DNA of 64,000 nt from Peptoniphilus sp. (GTDB lineage: Bacteria; Bacillota; Clostridia; Tissierellales; Peptoniphilaceae). The position numbers were made by a program, and so were the translations under genes. Below are positions 28,173 through 37,558 of the stretch, piece by piece. Below the pieces are notes generated by a model. It worked only from the letters and a program-made list of their open reading frames with translations, was not told where the DNA came from and searched no databases. Position 1 is the stretch's first letter. Each line of letters opens with the position of its first letter. Where the stretch lies: the NCBI GenBank assembly GCA_029983555.1, contig JASBZH010000001.1:21130-85129 (forward strand), given 5' to 3'.

Positions 28173-29714
28173 TTAACAAATTCTCTGATCGATTCTTTTA
28201 CTAAATATTTCCACATCTGTGACCAAATTATCACTTAGAAGTCTGCTTTTTACAAATTTAGCAGCCTTGTCCATTCCCTGACAACCAGCAAGTAAAAGTA
28301 TGTCGTCATCACTTAGATAATTAATAGAATCATTTACTGCTTCATCTAAATTTTCAAAAATTTTACATTCTATATTATTTTCTGCCATAATATTTTTAAA
28401 AATATTTAACTCATTATCAGAAACTTCATCTTTCCAAGTTACGACGTCTTTAGAAAGAGTCGCTGTAAGTCTTTTTGGCTTTAATTTTTTTATCCAATAG
28501 ACCATCTTTTCAGCTATTTCTCTATTTACTTCTACTCCGCGTCCACCTCTTATTGCATATAAAATATTTAAATTACTATAATCCATCTCTTTTAAAGTCT
28601 TCATTGTAGCATCAATATTATTTTCATTTGCAAAGTGATCGTCTAAAATTTTAAATTTTTCATCATAGATAAGCTCAAATCTTCTTTCAACACCTGCAAA
28701 ATTTTTAAGTGCTCGTTTTATTGTATCTGTTGAAATATTTAGACAAAGTCCAATTATTATAGCGACAATGGAATTCATTACAGAAGAATATCCAACTGAG
28801 CCAAGTTCAATTTTAAAACTTTGTTTCTTTATCTCAGTATTATTTATTTTAATATCTCTATTAACGTGGAATGTAAATTCACCCTTACCAGTCGATAAAT
28901 CTAAATCAGTTAAACCAAAATCATTGTCCATATTTTTAAGAGAGTAGCTTAAAACTTGCGCCTTAGTCTTACTTGCAAGATCTTTTATCATATCTGAGTC
29001 AAAATTTAAAATAGCCACCGCATCTTCTTTTGCATGTCTAATAAGTCTTGACTTATATCTAAAATAATTTTCAAAAGATCCGTGCTGATCAATGTGCTCT
29101 CGTCCAAGGTTATTAAAAGTTACAAAGTCAAAATCGATATCTCTATTTCTATAAAGCTCTTGTGCGGAAGATGAAACCTCCATTACAACATCAGTTATTC
29201 CCTTTTTTGACATATCATCTAAATACCTTTGCAAAACAACTGATTCTGGAGTTGTCAAAATTGAAGGAATCATGACATCTCTATATCTTGTGAAAACTGT
29301 TCCTATCATCCCTGTATTTCTTTTATCTTCCTTAAGTACACTCTCAACCATAAAGGCAGTTGTCGTCTTGCCATTAGTTGCAGTAATTCCTATCATATTC
29401 ATTTTTTTTGAAGGTTCATTGTAGAAATTATTCGAAATATCCGCAAGTGCAATTCTAGAATTTTTAACTCTTATTTGATTTATATTAACATCTTGATAAT
29501 CTTCAACTACACAAAGACTTGCTCCAAGTTCCTTTGCTTTTTTTACAAATTTGTGTCCGTCAGTAACATAGCCCTTAATTGCAACAAATATGCTTTCTTC
29601 ACACACATCATCTGTGTGATGAGTGACAAGCTTATAGTCTTTATCTAAAAATAAATCTAAATCAAAGTTTGAATCTAAGACTTCAACATCTTTAAGTAAA
29701 TTTTTTAGCCTCAC
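28173..29714 (-). CDS. Mur ligase family protein (atypical MurE-like)
   Basis: FVAIKG...DGH, GITATNGKTT, LTTPES, MEVSS; C-terminal motifs diverge from canonical MurE. Confidence 0.88.
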   Translation of the reverse strand: MRLKNLLKDVEVLDSNFDLDLFLDKDYKLVTHHTDDVCEESIFVAIKGYVTDGHKFVKKAKELGASLCVVEDYQDVNINQIRVKNSRIALADISNNFYNEPSKKMNMIGITATNGKTTTAFMVESVLKEDKRNTGMIGTVFTRYRDVMIPSILTTPESVVLQRYLDDMSKKGITDVVMEVSSSAQELYRNRDIDFDFVTFNNLGREHIDQHGSFENYFRYKSRLIRHAKEDAVAILNFDSDMIKDLASKTKAQVLSYSLKNMDNDFGLTDLDLSTGKGEFTFHVNRDIKINNTEIKKQSFKIELGSVGYSSVMNSIVAIIIGLCLNISTDTIKRALKNFAGVERRFELIYDEKFKILDDHFANENNIDATMKTLKEMDYSNLNILYAIRGGRGVEVNREIAEKMVYWIKKLKPKRLTATLSKDVVTWKDEVSDNELNIFKNIMAENNIECKIFENLDEAVNDSINYLSDDDILLLAGCQGMDKAAKFVKSRLLSDNLVTDVEIFSKRIDQRIC

Positions 29715-29716
29715 TT

Positions 29717-31054
29717 TTATCTCCTCTTATCAATATATTCTTTTAAATTTTTTGTATTTATATCTCTTTTAAATCGGCCAAATTCATCAAGTTTTTTTGA
29801 GCTAGCTCCTGCTCCAAAACCTATAATATTTTCAATTTCCTCCATCATCACGATATTATAAATTGAGGAATAACCTTTCTTTGCATATCCAATATTTTCA
29901 GAATTCATGACAGTTTTTTTCTGTCTGTACATATAATATGGTTCATAAAGAGATCCTTGCATTAGCTCTTTTGTCTTTTTAAGTAGATTTCTATAGTCAT
30001 TTTTATTCTCATAACCACATTCAAATAGTTTTGACCCATTCTTAAGTGCAAGAGTGTGAAGAGTAATATTTTTTGGACCTATTTCTATTGCCTTTTTTAT
30101 TGAGCTAATTATACTTTCATTATTTTCATAAGGAAGGCCCAAAATGAAATCCATATTTATAGTTTTAAATCCCATATCTTTAGCAACATTAAACCAATTT
30201 TCTAATTCTAAATTAGAATTTCTATTTAGCCTTTTTATTACTTCTTCGTTGAAGCTTTGGGGATTTAATGAAATTCTATTTACACCATATTTCTTTAGCA
30301 TCTTTAAAAGCTCAACAGACAACGTATCAATTCGACCACACTCTACGGTAAATTCTTTTGGTTTGCCAAATTTTTCCAAGATTAGTTTTATTATTTTTTC
30401 AAGTTCTGATACCTCAAGAGATGATGGGGTTCCACCACCTATATATATTGAGTGAGGATGAGCTTTGTAATCATTTTTAAAGCTTTTAATTTCTGATATT
30501 AAATCCTTTACATAATCACTTGCTATATTTTTATTGTAAATAGCAGTATCAAAAGAACAATACGCACATCTACTTGGACAAAATGGTATATTTACATAGA
30601 TATTGTAATTGTGTTTTGAAAAAATTTCTCCACTATTACTTTGATTGTCATAAATTTTATATAAAAACTTTGAATCAGAAATTGGAATTCTATACTCATC
30701 TTTTAAAATCTTAAAAGATTCTTCTGGCGGATATTTAGAAAAAATCTTTGATGCAAGCTTTGTAGGCCTTACACCTGAAAGTATTCCATAACTTGTATCA
30801 AAGTCTTTTTCATTCTCCACAAAATAGTCAAAAAGTCTCCTCTTAATTTCATAGTGAACTTTTCGACTGTCACTGTAATTAAAATTTATCTCTTTTGAAT
30901 TGTCATCTTTTATAAATTTCACATCATAAATATCATTAGAGTTTTCAACTTTTAAAAAAATTTCTCCGTGATAAATATATTTTGGAAATTTAGTTCTCAA
31001 AAATTCAAATAGAGACTTTTGTAAAAATTCTTTTTTTGCCTCTACTCTAATCAT
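29717..31054 (-). CDS. hemZ: HemZ-type (HemN-like) radical SAM protein
   Basis: GILSGVRPTK, IPFCPSRCAYCSF, GGGTP, ECGRID, PYYMYRQK. Confidence 0.88.
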   Translation of the reverse strand: MIRVEAKKEFLQKSLFEFLRTKFPKYIYHGEIFLKVENSNDIYDVKFIKDDNSKEINFNYSDSRKVHYEIKRRLFDYFVENEKDFDTSYGILSGVRPTKLASKIFSKYPPEESFKILKDEYRIPISDSKFLYKIYDNQSNSGEIFSKHNYNIYVNIPFCPSRCAYCSFDTAIYNKNIASDYVKDLISEIKSFKNDYKAHPHSIYIGGGTPSSLEVSELEKIIKLILEKFGKPKEFTVECGRIDTLSVELLKMLKKYGVNRISLNPQSFNEEVIKRLNRNSNLELENWFNVAKDMGFKTINMDFILGLPYENNESIISSIKKAIEIGPKNITLHTLALKNGSKLFECGYENKNDYRNLLKKTKELMQGSLYEPYYMYRQKKTVMNSENIGYAKKGYSSIYNIVMMEEIENIIGFGAGASSKKLDEFGRFKRDINTKNLKEYIDKRR

Positions 31055-31677
31055 AAATTTCTCATAAAAGGATTATTTAACTTTTCATTGCCAATCTGAG
31101 TTTCTGGTCCATGACCACAAAGTACATATATTTTATCGTCTAAAGATTTTAATTTTTTTAAAGAATCTTGCATTTTTTCATGATCTGATTCAGGAAAATC
31201 GGTTCTTCCAATAGATCCATTAAACAAAGTATCACCAGAAAAAAGCACATTATTATACAAATAGCAAACTGAACCCACAGTGTGTCCTGGAGTCTCAATT
31301 ACTTTTATCATATATTTTCCAAAAGGTATTTCATCTCCGTCTTTTACTGTATGTTCAACTGTTGCTGGAGTAGTTTCAAGTCCAAAAGAAGATGAACGCA
31401 TCTTTTTAGGTGACTCCAAGAAATCTTTATCAATTTCAGACATATAAACATCTACACTGTATTTTTCTTTTAGTCTTGCAACAGCACCGACGTGATCTAC
31501 ATGCCCATGTGTTATTAATATAAATTTAAGATTTAGTTTATTTTTTTCTATTGTTTCAATGATCAAGTCGCTAGATCCGCCTGGGTCAACTATAAATGCA
31601 TTTTTATCTTCGTCATAAAGTATATAACAATTTTCTTGCAGCATTCCAACAACTAATTTAATAATTTTCTCTTGCAT
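31051..31677 (-). CDS. MBL-fold metallo-hydrolase (glyoxalase II-like)
   Basis: THGHVDHVG, TPGHT, SGDTLF, GHG. Confidence 0.93.
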   Translation of the reverse strand: MQEKIIKLVVGMLQENCYILYDEDKNAFIVDPGGSSDLIIETIEKNKLNLKFILITHGHVDHVGAVARLKEKYSVDVYMSEIDKDFLESPKKMRSSSFGLETTPATVEHTVKDGDEIPFGKYMIKVIETPGHTVGSVCYLYNNVLFSGDTLFNGSIGRTDFPESDHEKMQDSLKKLKSLDDKIYVLCGHGPETQIGNEKLNNPFMRNL

Positions 31678-31684
31678 AATTCAC

Positions 31685-32134
31685 CTAAAATTCCTTATTT
31701 GAATCTAATAAAATTGTAACTGGCCCATCATTTAAAATTTCAACATCCATATCTGCACCGTATTCACCATGACATACATTTATACCAAGCCTTTTAGCCT
31801 TTTCTAAAAATTTCTCGTATAAAACTTTTCCATCGTCAAATTTAGCTGAACGAATATAACTTGGTCTATTTCCCTTTCTAGCGTCACCATACAAAGTGAA
31901 TTGACTAACTACTAGTAAATCCAAATTTAAATCTAAAAGTGATTTATTCATAACACCATCTTCATCGTCAAACACTCTAAGTTTTGTGACTTTTTTTAAA
32001 ATATATTCTAAATCTTTTTCGTCATCGCTTTCTTCAACTCCCAAAAGAATCATAAGTCCCTTAGAAATTTCTCCAATAATCTCGTCATCAACAGTTACTT
32101 TTGAATGTTTTACTCTTTGCACAACTGCTCTCAT
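31685..32134 (-). CDS. dtd: D-aminoacyl-tRNA deacylase
   Basis: MRAVVQRV, SQFTL, NDGPVT. Confidence 0.97.
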   Translation of the reverse strand: MRAVVQRVKHSKVTVDDEIIGEISKGLMILLGVEESDDEKDLEYILKKVTKLRVFDDEDGVMNKSLLDLNLDLLVVSQFTLYGDARKGNRPSYIRSAKFDDGKVLYEKFLEKAKRLGINVCHGEYGADMDVEILNDGPVTILLDSNKEF

Positions 32135-32138
32135 AAAA

Positions 32139-34283
32139 TCACGCCTTTATACGATATACGTCAATTACATTCTCAACTCGTTTTAATTTTTCTATTAATC
32201 TTTCAAGCTCGCTAGTATCAGTTATATCAACTGTAATATTAATTACAACATCTCCACTCTTAACTGTCTTTGCGTTCAAATAAGATATCTTTAATTTAGA
32301 ATCCGCAACTCTTATTGCAACGTCACTAATCAAATTTTCTCTATCCAGCGCTCTTATTTCTATAGATGTTTGATAACTTGCAAGATCTGTATCCCTCCAG
32401 CTTACTTCAACAAGTCTCGAAGGATCAGTGTTATTAATTATATTTTGGCAATCCTTTCTGTGAATAGAAATACCTCTTCCAATAGTAATATATCCAATAA
32501 TATCGTCGCCTGGGACTGGTGTACAGCACTTTGCAATTCTTACATTTACTCCATCGACACCTTTAACCTCAATGCCGTGATTATTAGCACTTTTCTTAGA
32601 ACCGGAATAGCTACTCTTAACATTACCGTCTTTTTTATTGTACCTATTATAGATATCAATTAATTTTGCAAAAATTTGATTTATAGTAATAGTTCCAAAT
32701 CCAAGAGCTGCATAGAGATCATCTATTGTAGAAAAGTTCATCTTAGACCTAACTTCTTCTAACCACTCGTCTTTTACTATTCTGTGAACTTGATATCCTT
32801 GTTTTTTGGCCTCTTTTTCAATTAAATCTCTTCCACGCTCAATATTTTTATCTCTATCTTTTACTTTAAAATATTGCGAAATTTTCTTTCTAGCCTGTGG
32901 ACTCTTAACTATCTTTAGCCAGTCAAGTGATGGTCCAGAATTTGGATTTGTAATAATATCTACTATATTTCCACTCTTTAATTTGTAAGTAAGCGGCACA
33001 ATTCTTCCATTGATCTTTGCACCAACACATGTATTACCAACTTGTGTGTGAATTCTATAAGCAAAGTCAATTGGTGTAGAACCTTCTGGCAAATTTAGGA
33101 CATCTCCACTAGGTGTAAATACAAATACTTCATCGGCAAAGAAGTCGATTTTTAAAGTATCCATAAAATCATTAGGGTCATTTAAATCTTTTTGCCACTC
33201 TAAGAGCTGTCTAAGCCAAGTTAAATTTTCATCAAAAGAAGTTGTTTTGTTAACTCCAGCCTTGTATTTCCAGTGTGCAGCGATACCATATTCTGCAGTT
33301 TGGTGCATTTCATATGTTCTTATTTGCACTTCAAAAGTTTCTCCATTGCTGTCGATTACCGTAGTGTGAAGTGATTGATATTTATTGGGCTTAGGCATTG
33401 CAATGTAATCTTTAAATCTACCTGGTATTGGCTTAAAAAGTGAGTGAACTACTCCTAAAGCTCCATAGCAATCTTTAACTGTATTAGTTAAAATTCTAAC
33501 TGCAGATAAATCATATATCTCGTCGAATAATTTGCCTTTTTTATTCATTTTTTTATAAATTGAATAGAAATTCTTAGGCCTTCCGCTTATTTCGCATTCT
33601 ATTCCGACTTCTTTCAAATTTTTATATAGAGTTTCAATTAAACCATTAATTAAGCTCTCTCTCTCACTTCTTCTTTTATTTACCATCTCAACGAGTTTAT
33701 AATAACCGTCTTTATCAAGATATCTAAGTGAAAGATCTTCCAACTCCCATTTAATTTTACTCATACCAAGTCTATCGGCAATTGGCGCATAAATTTCAAT
33801 AGTCTCTGTAGCTTTTTCTATTTTTTTCTTCTCTGTCATGTACTCTAAAGTTCTCATATTGTGCAATCTATCTGCAAGCTTTACTATGATTACACGAATA
33901 TCTTTAGCCATGGCGAGAACCATTTTTCTAATATTTTCAGCTTGTTTTTCTTCTTTATTTTTGTAACTTAATTTTTTAAGTTTTGTAACACCATCTACAA
34001 GATCAGCTATTTCTTCACCAAATTGTTCTTTGACTTCATCGTAAGTGACATCAGTATCCTCAATCACATCGTGAAGCAATCCTGCAATTATTGTAGATGT
34101 ATCCATATTCATGTCGGCAAGAATAAGAGATACATGAAGAGGATGTATAATATAATCTTCTCCAGAATTTCTCTTTTGTCCCTTATGCTTTTCATAGGCC
34201 AATTTATATGCCTTGTTTATCAAATCAAAATCTGCATTTTCATTATATGATTTTATTTTTTTTATTAAATCGTCAATTAACAC
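32139..34283 (-). CDS. relA: Bifunctional (p)ppGpp synthetase/hydrolase Rel
   Basis: LLHDVIED, KLADRLHNMRTL, RFKDYIAMPK, YQSLHT, TGS and ACT domains. Start set at GTG 34283 behind GGGTGA. Confidence 0.97.
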   Translation of the reverse strand: MLIDDLIKKIKSYNENADFDLINKAYKLAYEKHKGQKRNSGEDYIIHPLHVSLILADMNMDTSTIIAGLLHDVIEDTDVTYDEVKEQFGEEIADLVDGVTKLKKLSYKNKEEKQAENIRKMVLAMAKDIRVIIVKLADRLHNMRTLEYMTEKKKIEKATETIEIYAPIADRLGMSKIKWELEDLSLRYLDKDGYYKLVEMVNKRRSERESLINGLIETLYKNLKEVGIECEISGRPKNFYSIYKKMNKKGKLFDEIYDLSAVRILTNTVKDCYGALGVVHSLFKPIPGRFKDYIAMPKPNKYQSLHTTVIDSNGETFEVQIRTYEMHQTAEYGIAAHWKYKAGVNKTTSFDENLTWLRQLLEWQKDLNDPNDFMDTLKIDFFADEVFVFTPSGDVLNLPEGSTPIDFAYRIHTQVGNTCVGAKINGRIVPLTYKLKSGNIVDIITNPNSGPSLDWLKIVKSPQARKKISQYFKVKDRDKNIERGRDLIEKEAKKQGYQVHRIVKDEWLEEVRSKMNFSTIDDLYAALGFGTITINQIFAKLIDIYNRYNKKDGNVKSSYSGSKKSANNHGIEVKGVDGVNVRIAKCCTPVPGDDIIGYITIGRGISIHRKDCQNIINNTDPSRLVEVSWRDTDLASYQTSIEIRALDRENLISDVAIRVADSKLKISYLNAKTVKSGDVVINITVDITDTSELERLIEKLKRVENVIDVYRIKA

Positions 34284-34284
34284 A

Positions 34285-36057
34285 CTACTCACCCGTAACT
34301 CTATAACTTTTTATTTTAATTTCAGTGGATATATTACCCCTGAATTCATTAATTCCAATATTAAAAACTATATCTAAATAAATATTTGTATTTATTCCAT
34401 TTAATAAATTCAAAACTCGCTCTTTGCCATAAACTTTTGCCAAATTATTTAAAAATATTTTAGAATCTTCAAATAACAATGCTTCTCCAGTAGAATTACC
34501 GTCAAATAGCTGCATCTTGATTACATTTTTGTTTTTTCCAAAAATTCTTATATTTTCTATTCTTAACTTTCTTGCACCAAATTGTGGCCTTGGATTTTCT
34601 TGACCAAAAGGTGCAAGTTTTTCCAAATCTTGTGCAAATTTTAAATTTACATACTTTAATGGAAGAGGAGAATCTATATAAATTTTTTTTATTAAATCAT
34701 TTTTAGTTAGACTTTCTTTTCTATTTACATCTTCTATAAATTCTTCTAAATTTTCGCGTTTTAATGATAACCCACATGCCATTTTATGTCCGCCAAAACT
34801 TTCTAAATAATTTTTCGACTTAGAAATTTCGGAAAACATGTCGTACTCTTCTATGCTTCGCCCAGAACCTTTTATAAACTCGTTGGAGTCAGATAAAACT
34901 ATAGTTGGCCTGTTGTACTTTTCCTTAATTCTTCCAGCAACTATACCGAGTATCGATTCATTGAGTCCTTGTTCGTAAACAATTAAGACATTGTATCTTG
35001 AAGTTAAATTCTCTGATTTAATCTTTTCATCAATAATTTCTAAAGCTTCGTTTGTAAGGTTTTGTCTATTTGAATTATATTCCCTAAGTTTTTTCGCCTT
35101 ATCTAAAGCAAGTGAATAGTCACCTTCAAGAAGTAAACTTAAAGCTTCTTTTGCAGACTCAAGCCTGCCGCTAGAATTAATTGTAGGACCTATTATAAAT
35201 CCAATGTGGTAAACATCTACTAAATCTTTATCGACAGAAGAAGCTTCCATAAGTGCATTTAATCCCACATGACTAGTCTCTCTTAAACTTTTTAATCCGT
35301 AGAATACAATTGGTCTATTTTCGTCTTTTAGTGGCATAACATCACAGACAGTAGATATTGCTGCAAAGGGTAGAAACAATTTATAAAACTCTTCTTTATC
35401 AATACCCTTCATAAGCGTTAGATACTCTACTAGTTTAAATGCGACGACACCCCCACAAATATTTGAAAAAGGATAACTATCATCTTCTCTTTTTGGATCA
35501 ACTACAGCGTCTGCTTTAGGTAAGATATCTACGATTTTTCCATCAATAAGTTTCTTAGGAACTTCGTGATGATCAGTGACGATTATTTTGATATTATTCT
35601 CTTTTGCAAAGTCTATTGCATCTGTAGCTGCTATTCCATTGTCGCATGTGACTATAACATCAATCTCATCATCTACACATTTGCTTACAAGTTTTTTATT
35701 TAAACCATAACCATCAAGGACTCTATGAGGAATGTCATAAGAAACATCAGCGCCAATTAGATTGAGACCCTTAAATAAAATATATGTTGCCGTCACTCCG
35801 TCTACATCATAATCACCTATAATTCTAATTTTTTTATTTTTACTAATTGAGTCTAGAATTATATTTGATGCCTTAATTAAATCTTTAAGTAAAATTGGTG
35901 AGTGCAGATTTTCTAACTTTGGATTTAAATAAGATTTAATTTCATCTTCAGTCGAAATATCTCTATTTAATAAAATTTTATATAAGATTTTATTAATACC
36001 AAATTTAGAATAATCTATACCTGGATTTTTTTTATTTTTAATAAACCATTTTTCCAC
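34285..36057 (-). CDS. recJ: ssDNA-specific exonuclease RecJ
   Basis: GDYDVDG, TCDNG, TDHH, GSGRS, GGHKMACG, APFGQENP. Start set at GTG 36057. Confidence 0.96.
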   Translation of the reverse strand: MEKWFIKNKKNPGIDYSKFGINKILYKILLNRDISTEDEIKSYLNPKLENLHSPILLKDLIKASNIILDSISKNKKIRIIGDYDVDGVTATYILFKGLNLIGADVSYDIPHRVLDGYGLNKKLVSKCVDDEIDVIVTCDNGIAATDAIDFAKENNIKIIVTDHHEVPKKLIDGKIVDILPKADAVVDPKREDDSYPFSNICGGVVAFKLVEYLTLMKGIDKEEFYKLFLPFAAISTVCDVMPLKDENRPIVFYGLKSLRETSHVGLNALMEASSVDKDLVDVYHIGFIIGPTINSSGRLESAKEALSLLLEGDYSLALDKAKKLREYNSNRQNLTNEALEIIDEKIKSENLTSRYNVLIVYEQGLNESILGIVAGRIKEKYNRPTIVLSDSNEFIKGSGRSIEEYDMFSEISKSKNYLESFGGHKMACGLSLKRENLEEFIEDVNRKESLTKNDLIKKIYIDSPLPLKYVNLKFAQDLEKLAPFGQENPRPQFGARKLRIENIRIFGKNKNVIKMQLFDGNSTGEALLFEDSKIFLNNLAKVYGKERVLNLLNGINTNIYLDIVFNIGINEFRGNISTEIKIKSYRVTGE

Positions 36058-36089
36058 ATAAATCACCATTTTTAAAAATCTTACTTTTA

Positions 36090-36098
36090 ATTATATCA
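36090..36098 (-). promoter_or_regulatory. Extended -10 promoter for the recJ-rel operon
   Basis: TGATATAAT on the minus strand. Confidence 0.5.
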
Positions 36099-36163
36099 AA
36101 TAACACAAATAAGGTAAAACCTATCTTTTGTTTTAAAAAGCAAGTAAACTTTTTAATAATTTT

Positions 36164-36215
36164 AAAAAAATAAAAGCTCTAAAAAATTCTAATTTCTTAA
36201 AAAATTTCTTAGAGC
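36164..36215 (-). terminator. Intrinsic terminator after the copper-amine-oxidase-domain gene
   Basis: GCTCTAAGAAATT...AATTTTTTAGAGC followed by TTTTATTTTTTT. Confidence 0.65.
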
Positions 36216-36275
36216 ACAATATATTATAAAATTAATTAAAAATATAAAATTTTAAAATTTTAATTCGTAACTTTC

Positions 36276-37310
36276 CTATGGAATAATTTCCACTCTGTTT
36301 AGTATAGGCTGAATTTCTTCTTTAGTAAATTCTCCAAGCTTAACATTCTTTGGGTTGTTAAATATCTTTTCATAAGTTTCCACTGCCTCTTCTCTAGTTG
36401 CAAAATGATCGTGTAGTGGAAATAAAAAAGTGTTGATTGTTCCATCAAAGTTTGGATAATAATCAAAATGGACCATACTTGCCATTGAATCATCATTAAA
36501 TACATCTGTGAATCTTCTTGGATAAGTTAAATCATTCTCAGTAGTCCTTATACTCAATACTTCGCCTTTATTTGTAAAACCATAGCCAAGATTTTTACCT
36601 AAAAGCAATTCTAATGCATCTCTTTTTTCATCTTGTTTTTGAAAAATTTCAAATAGTCCAGCTTTATCATAAGATAGCCAAGCTACTGCAACTTCAACAT
36701 CTTTATTTGTATATCCAGGAAAGTATTTTGATTCACTTTCTCCCATAACTTTCTCGTAATCTAACTGCTCGTCAACGCCCTTGTTAAGCATTTCTTCATT
36801 ATACATATATGGTAAAAAGTCTTTAGTTGTAAGTTGTGTTTTTTCTTTAGATTTATATCCATCTCCCACTACGGCTACTCTATTTTCACTGTCCCATGAG
36901 ACATTTTTGTCAAATAATTCAGCTACATTTCTTAATGGAACATAGGTGCGGTCATTTTTTATCTCTGGAGCGTGATCTAGAATTATTTCATCAATTTCTG
37001 CTCCATCTTTTTTTATTGAAACGGTCTTTTTATCTATTTGCAATAAAATAGATTTACTTATCCTATCTTCGCTCTTTTCATTTATTTCTATAGTTCTACT
37101 TTCATTATTCCAGATTACTTCCTTGTTTAAATTTTCAGATATAACTCTTATTGGCACCATAGTTCTATTCATATCAATATAGGGCGATACATCTGAATTT
37201 ACAAAATTTCCATCAACCCAGATTCTAACTTCACTTGAAGCAACACTACTGATTGGAATAATTAATATTACTAAAAGCGATAATATTGACATCATTATTT
37301 TCTTATTCAT
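36276..37310 (-). CDS. Secreted protein with a copper amine oxidase N-terminal (stalk) domain and an uncharacterised C-terminal domain
   Basis: Signal peptide; two stalk repeats (PYIDMNRTMVPIRVISENL...V.W and APEIKNDRTYVPLRNVAELF...VSWD). Confidence 0.88.
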   Translation of the reverse strand: MNKKIMMSILSLLVILIIPISSVASSEVRIWVDGNFVNSDVSPYIDMNRTMVPIRVISENLNKEVIWNNESRTIEINEKSEDRISKSILLQIDKKTVSIKKDGAEIDEIILDHAPEIKNDRTYVPLRNVAELFDKNVSWDSENRVAVVGDGYKSKEKTQLTTKDFLPYMYNEEMLNKGVDEQLDYEKVMGESESKYFPGYTNKDVEVAVAWLSYDKAGLFEIFQKQDEKRDALELLLGKNLGYGFTNKGEVLSIRTTENDLTYPRRFTDVFNDDSMASMVHFDYYPNFDGTINTFLFPLHDHFATREEAVETYEKIFNNPKNVKLGEFTKEEIQPILNRVEIIP

Positions 37311-37352
37311 ACTTTACTCCTTTTAAATTATTTTAAGAATTAATTTAAGATA

Positions 37353-37381
37353 ATTATACTCTACTGTGAAAAAGTTTTCAA
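37353..37381 (-). promoter_or_regulatory. SigA-type promoter with an overlapping cre-like palindrome
   Basis: TTGAAA-N17-TATAAT; TGAAAA-AG-TTTTCA at 37367-37380 overlaps the -35. Confidence 0.6.
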
Positions 37382-37465
37382 ATATACTTTTATCTGCAAA
37401 TATTATTAATTAAATGAGAAGTATTCTTTTAATATAAAATTTATCCTATAAATAAAATTTTAAAT

Positions 37466-37494
37466 AAAAAAGATGCTCCCCTAAAGGAACATCT
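37466..37494 (-). terminator. Intrinsic terminator after scfB
   Basis: Minus strand AGATGTTCCT-TTAG-GGGAGCATCT-TTTTT. Confidence 0.75.
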
Positions 37495-37558
37495 AATAAT
37501 TATTTTTTATACTCTTAATTTAAAAAAAATATTGAGAAAATAAAAAATGATACTAGTC

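Noticed and set aside
29717..31054. HemZ as evidence of heme synthesis or as a second RiPP maturase
   Set aside because: It sits in the conserved rel-dtd-MBL-hemZ context, has no SPASM or RRE domain and no adjacent precursor; the family name does not establish activity.
36070..36275. Possible ncRNA, CRISPR array or replication origin in the long AT-rich gap
   Set aside because: No regularly spaced repeats or DnaA-box cluster; explained by a terminator and the recJ promoter.
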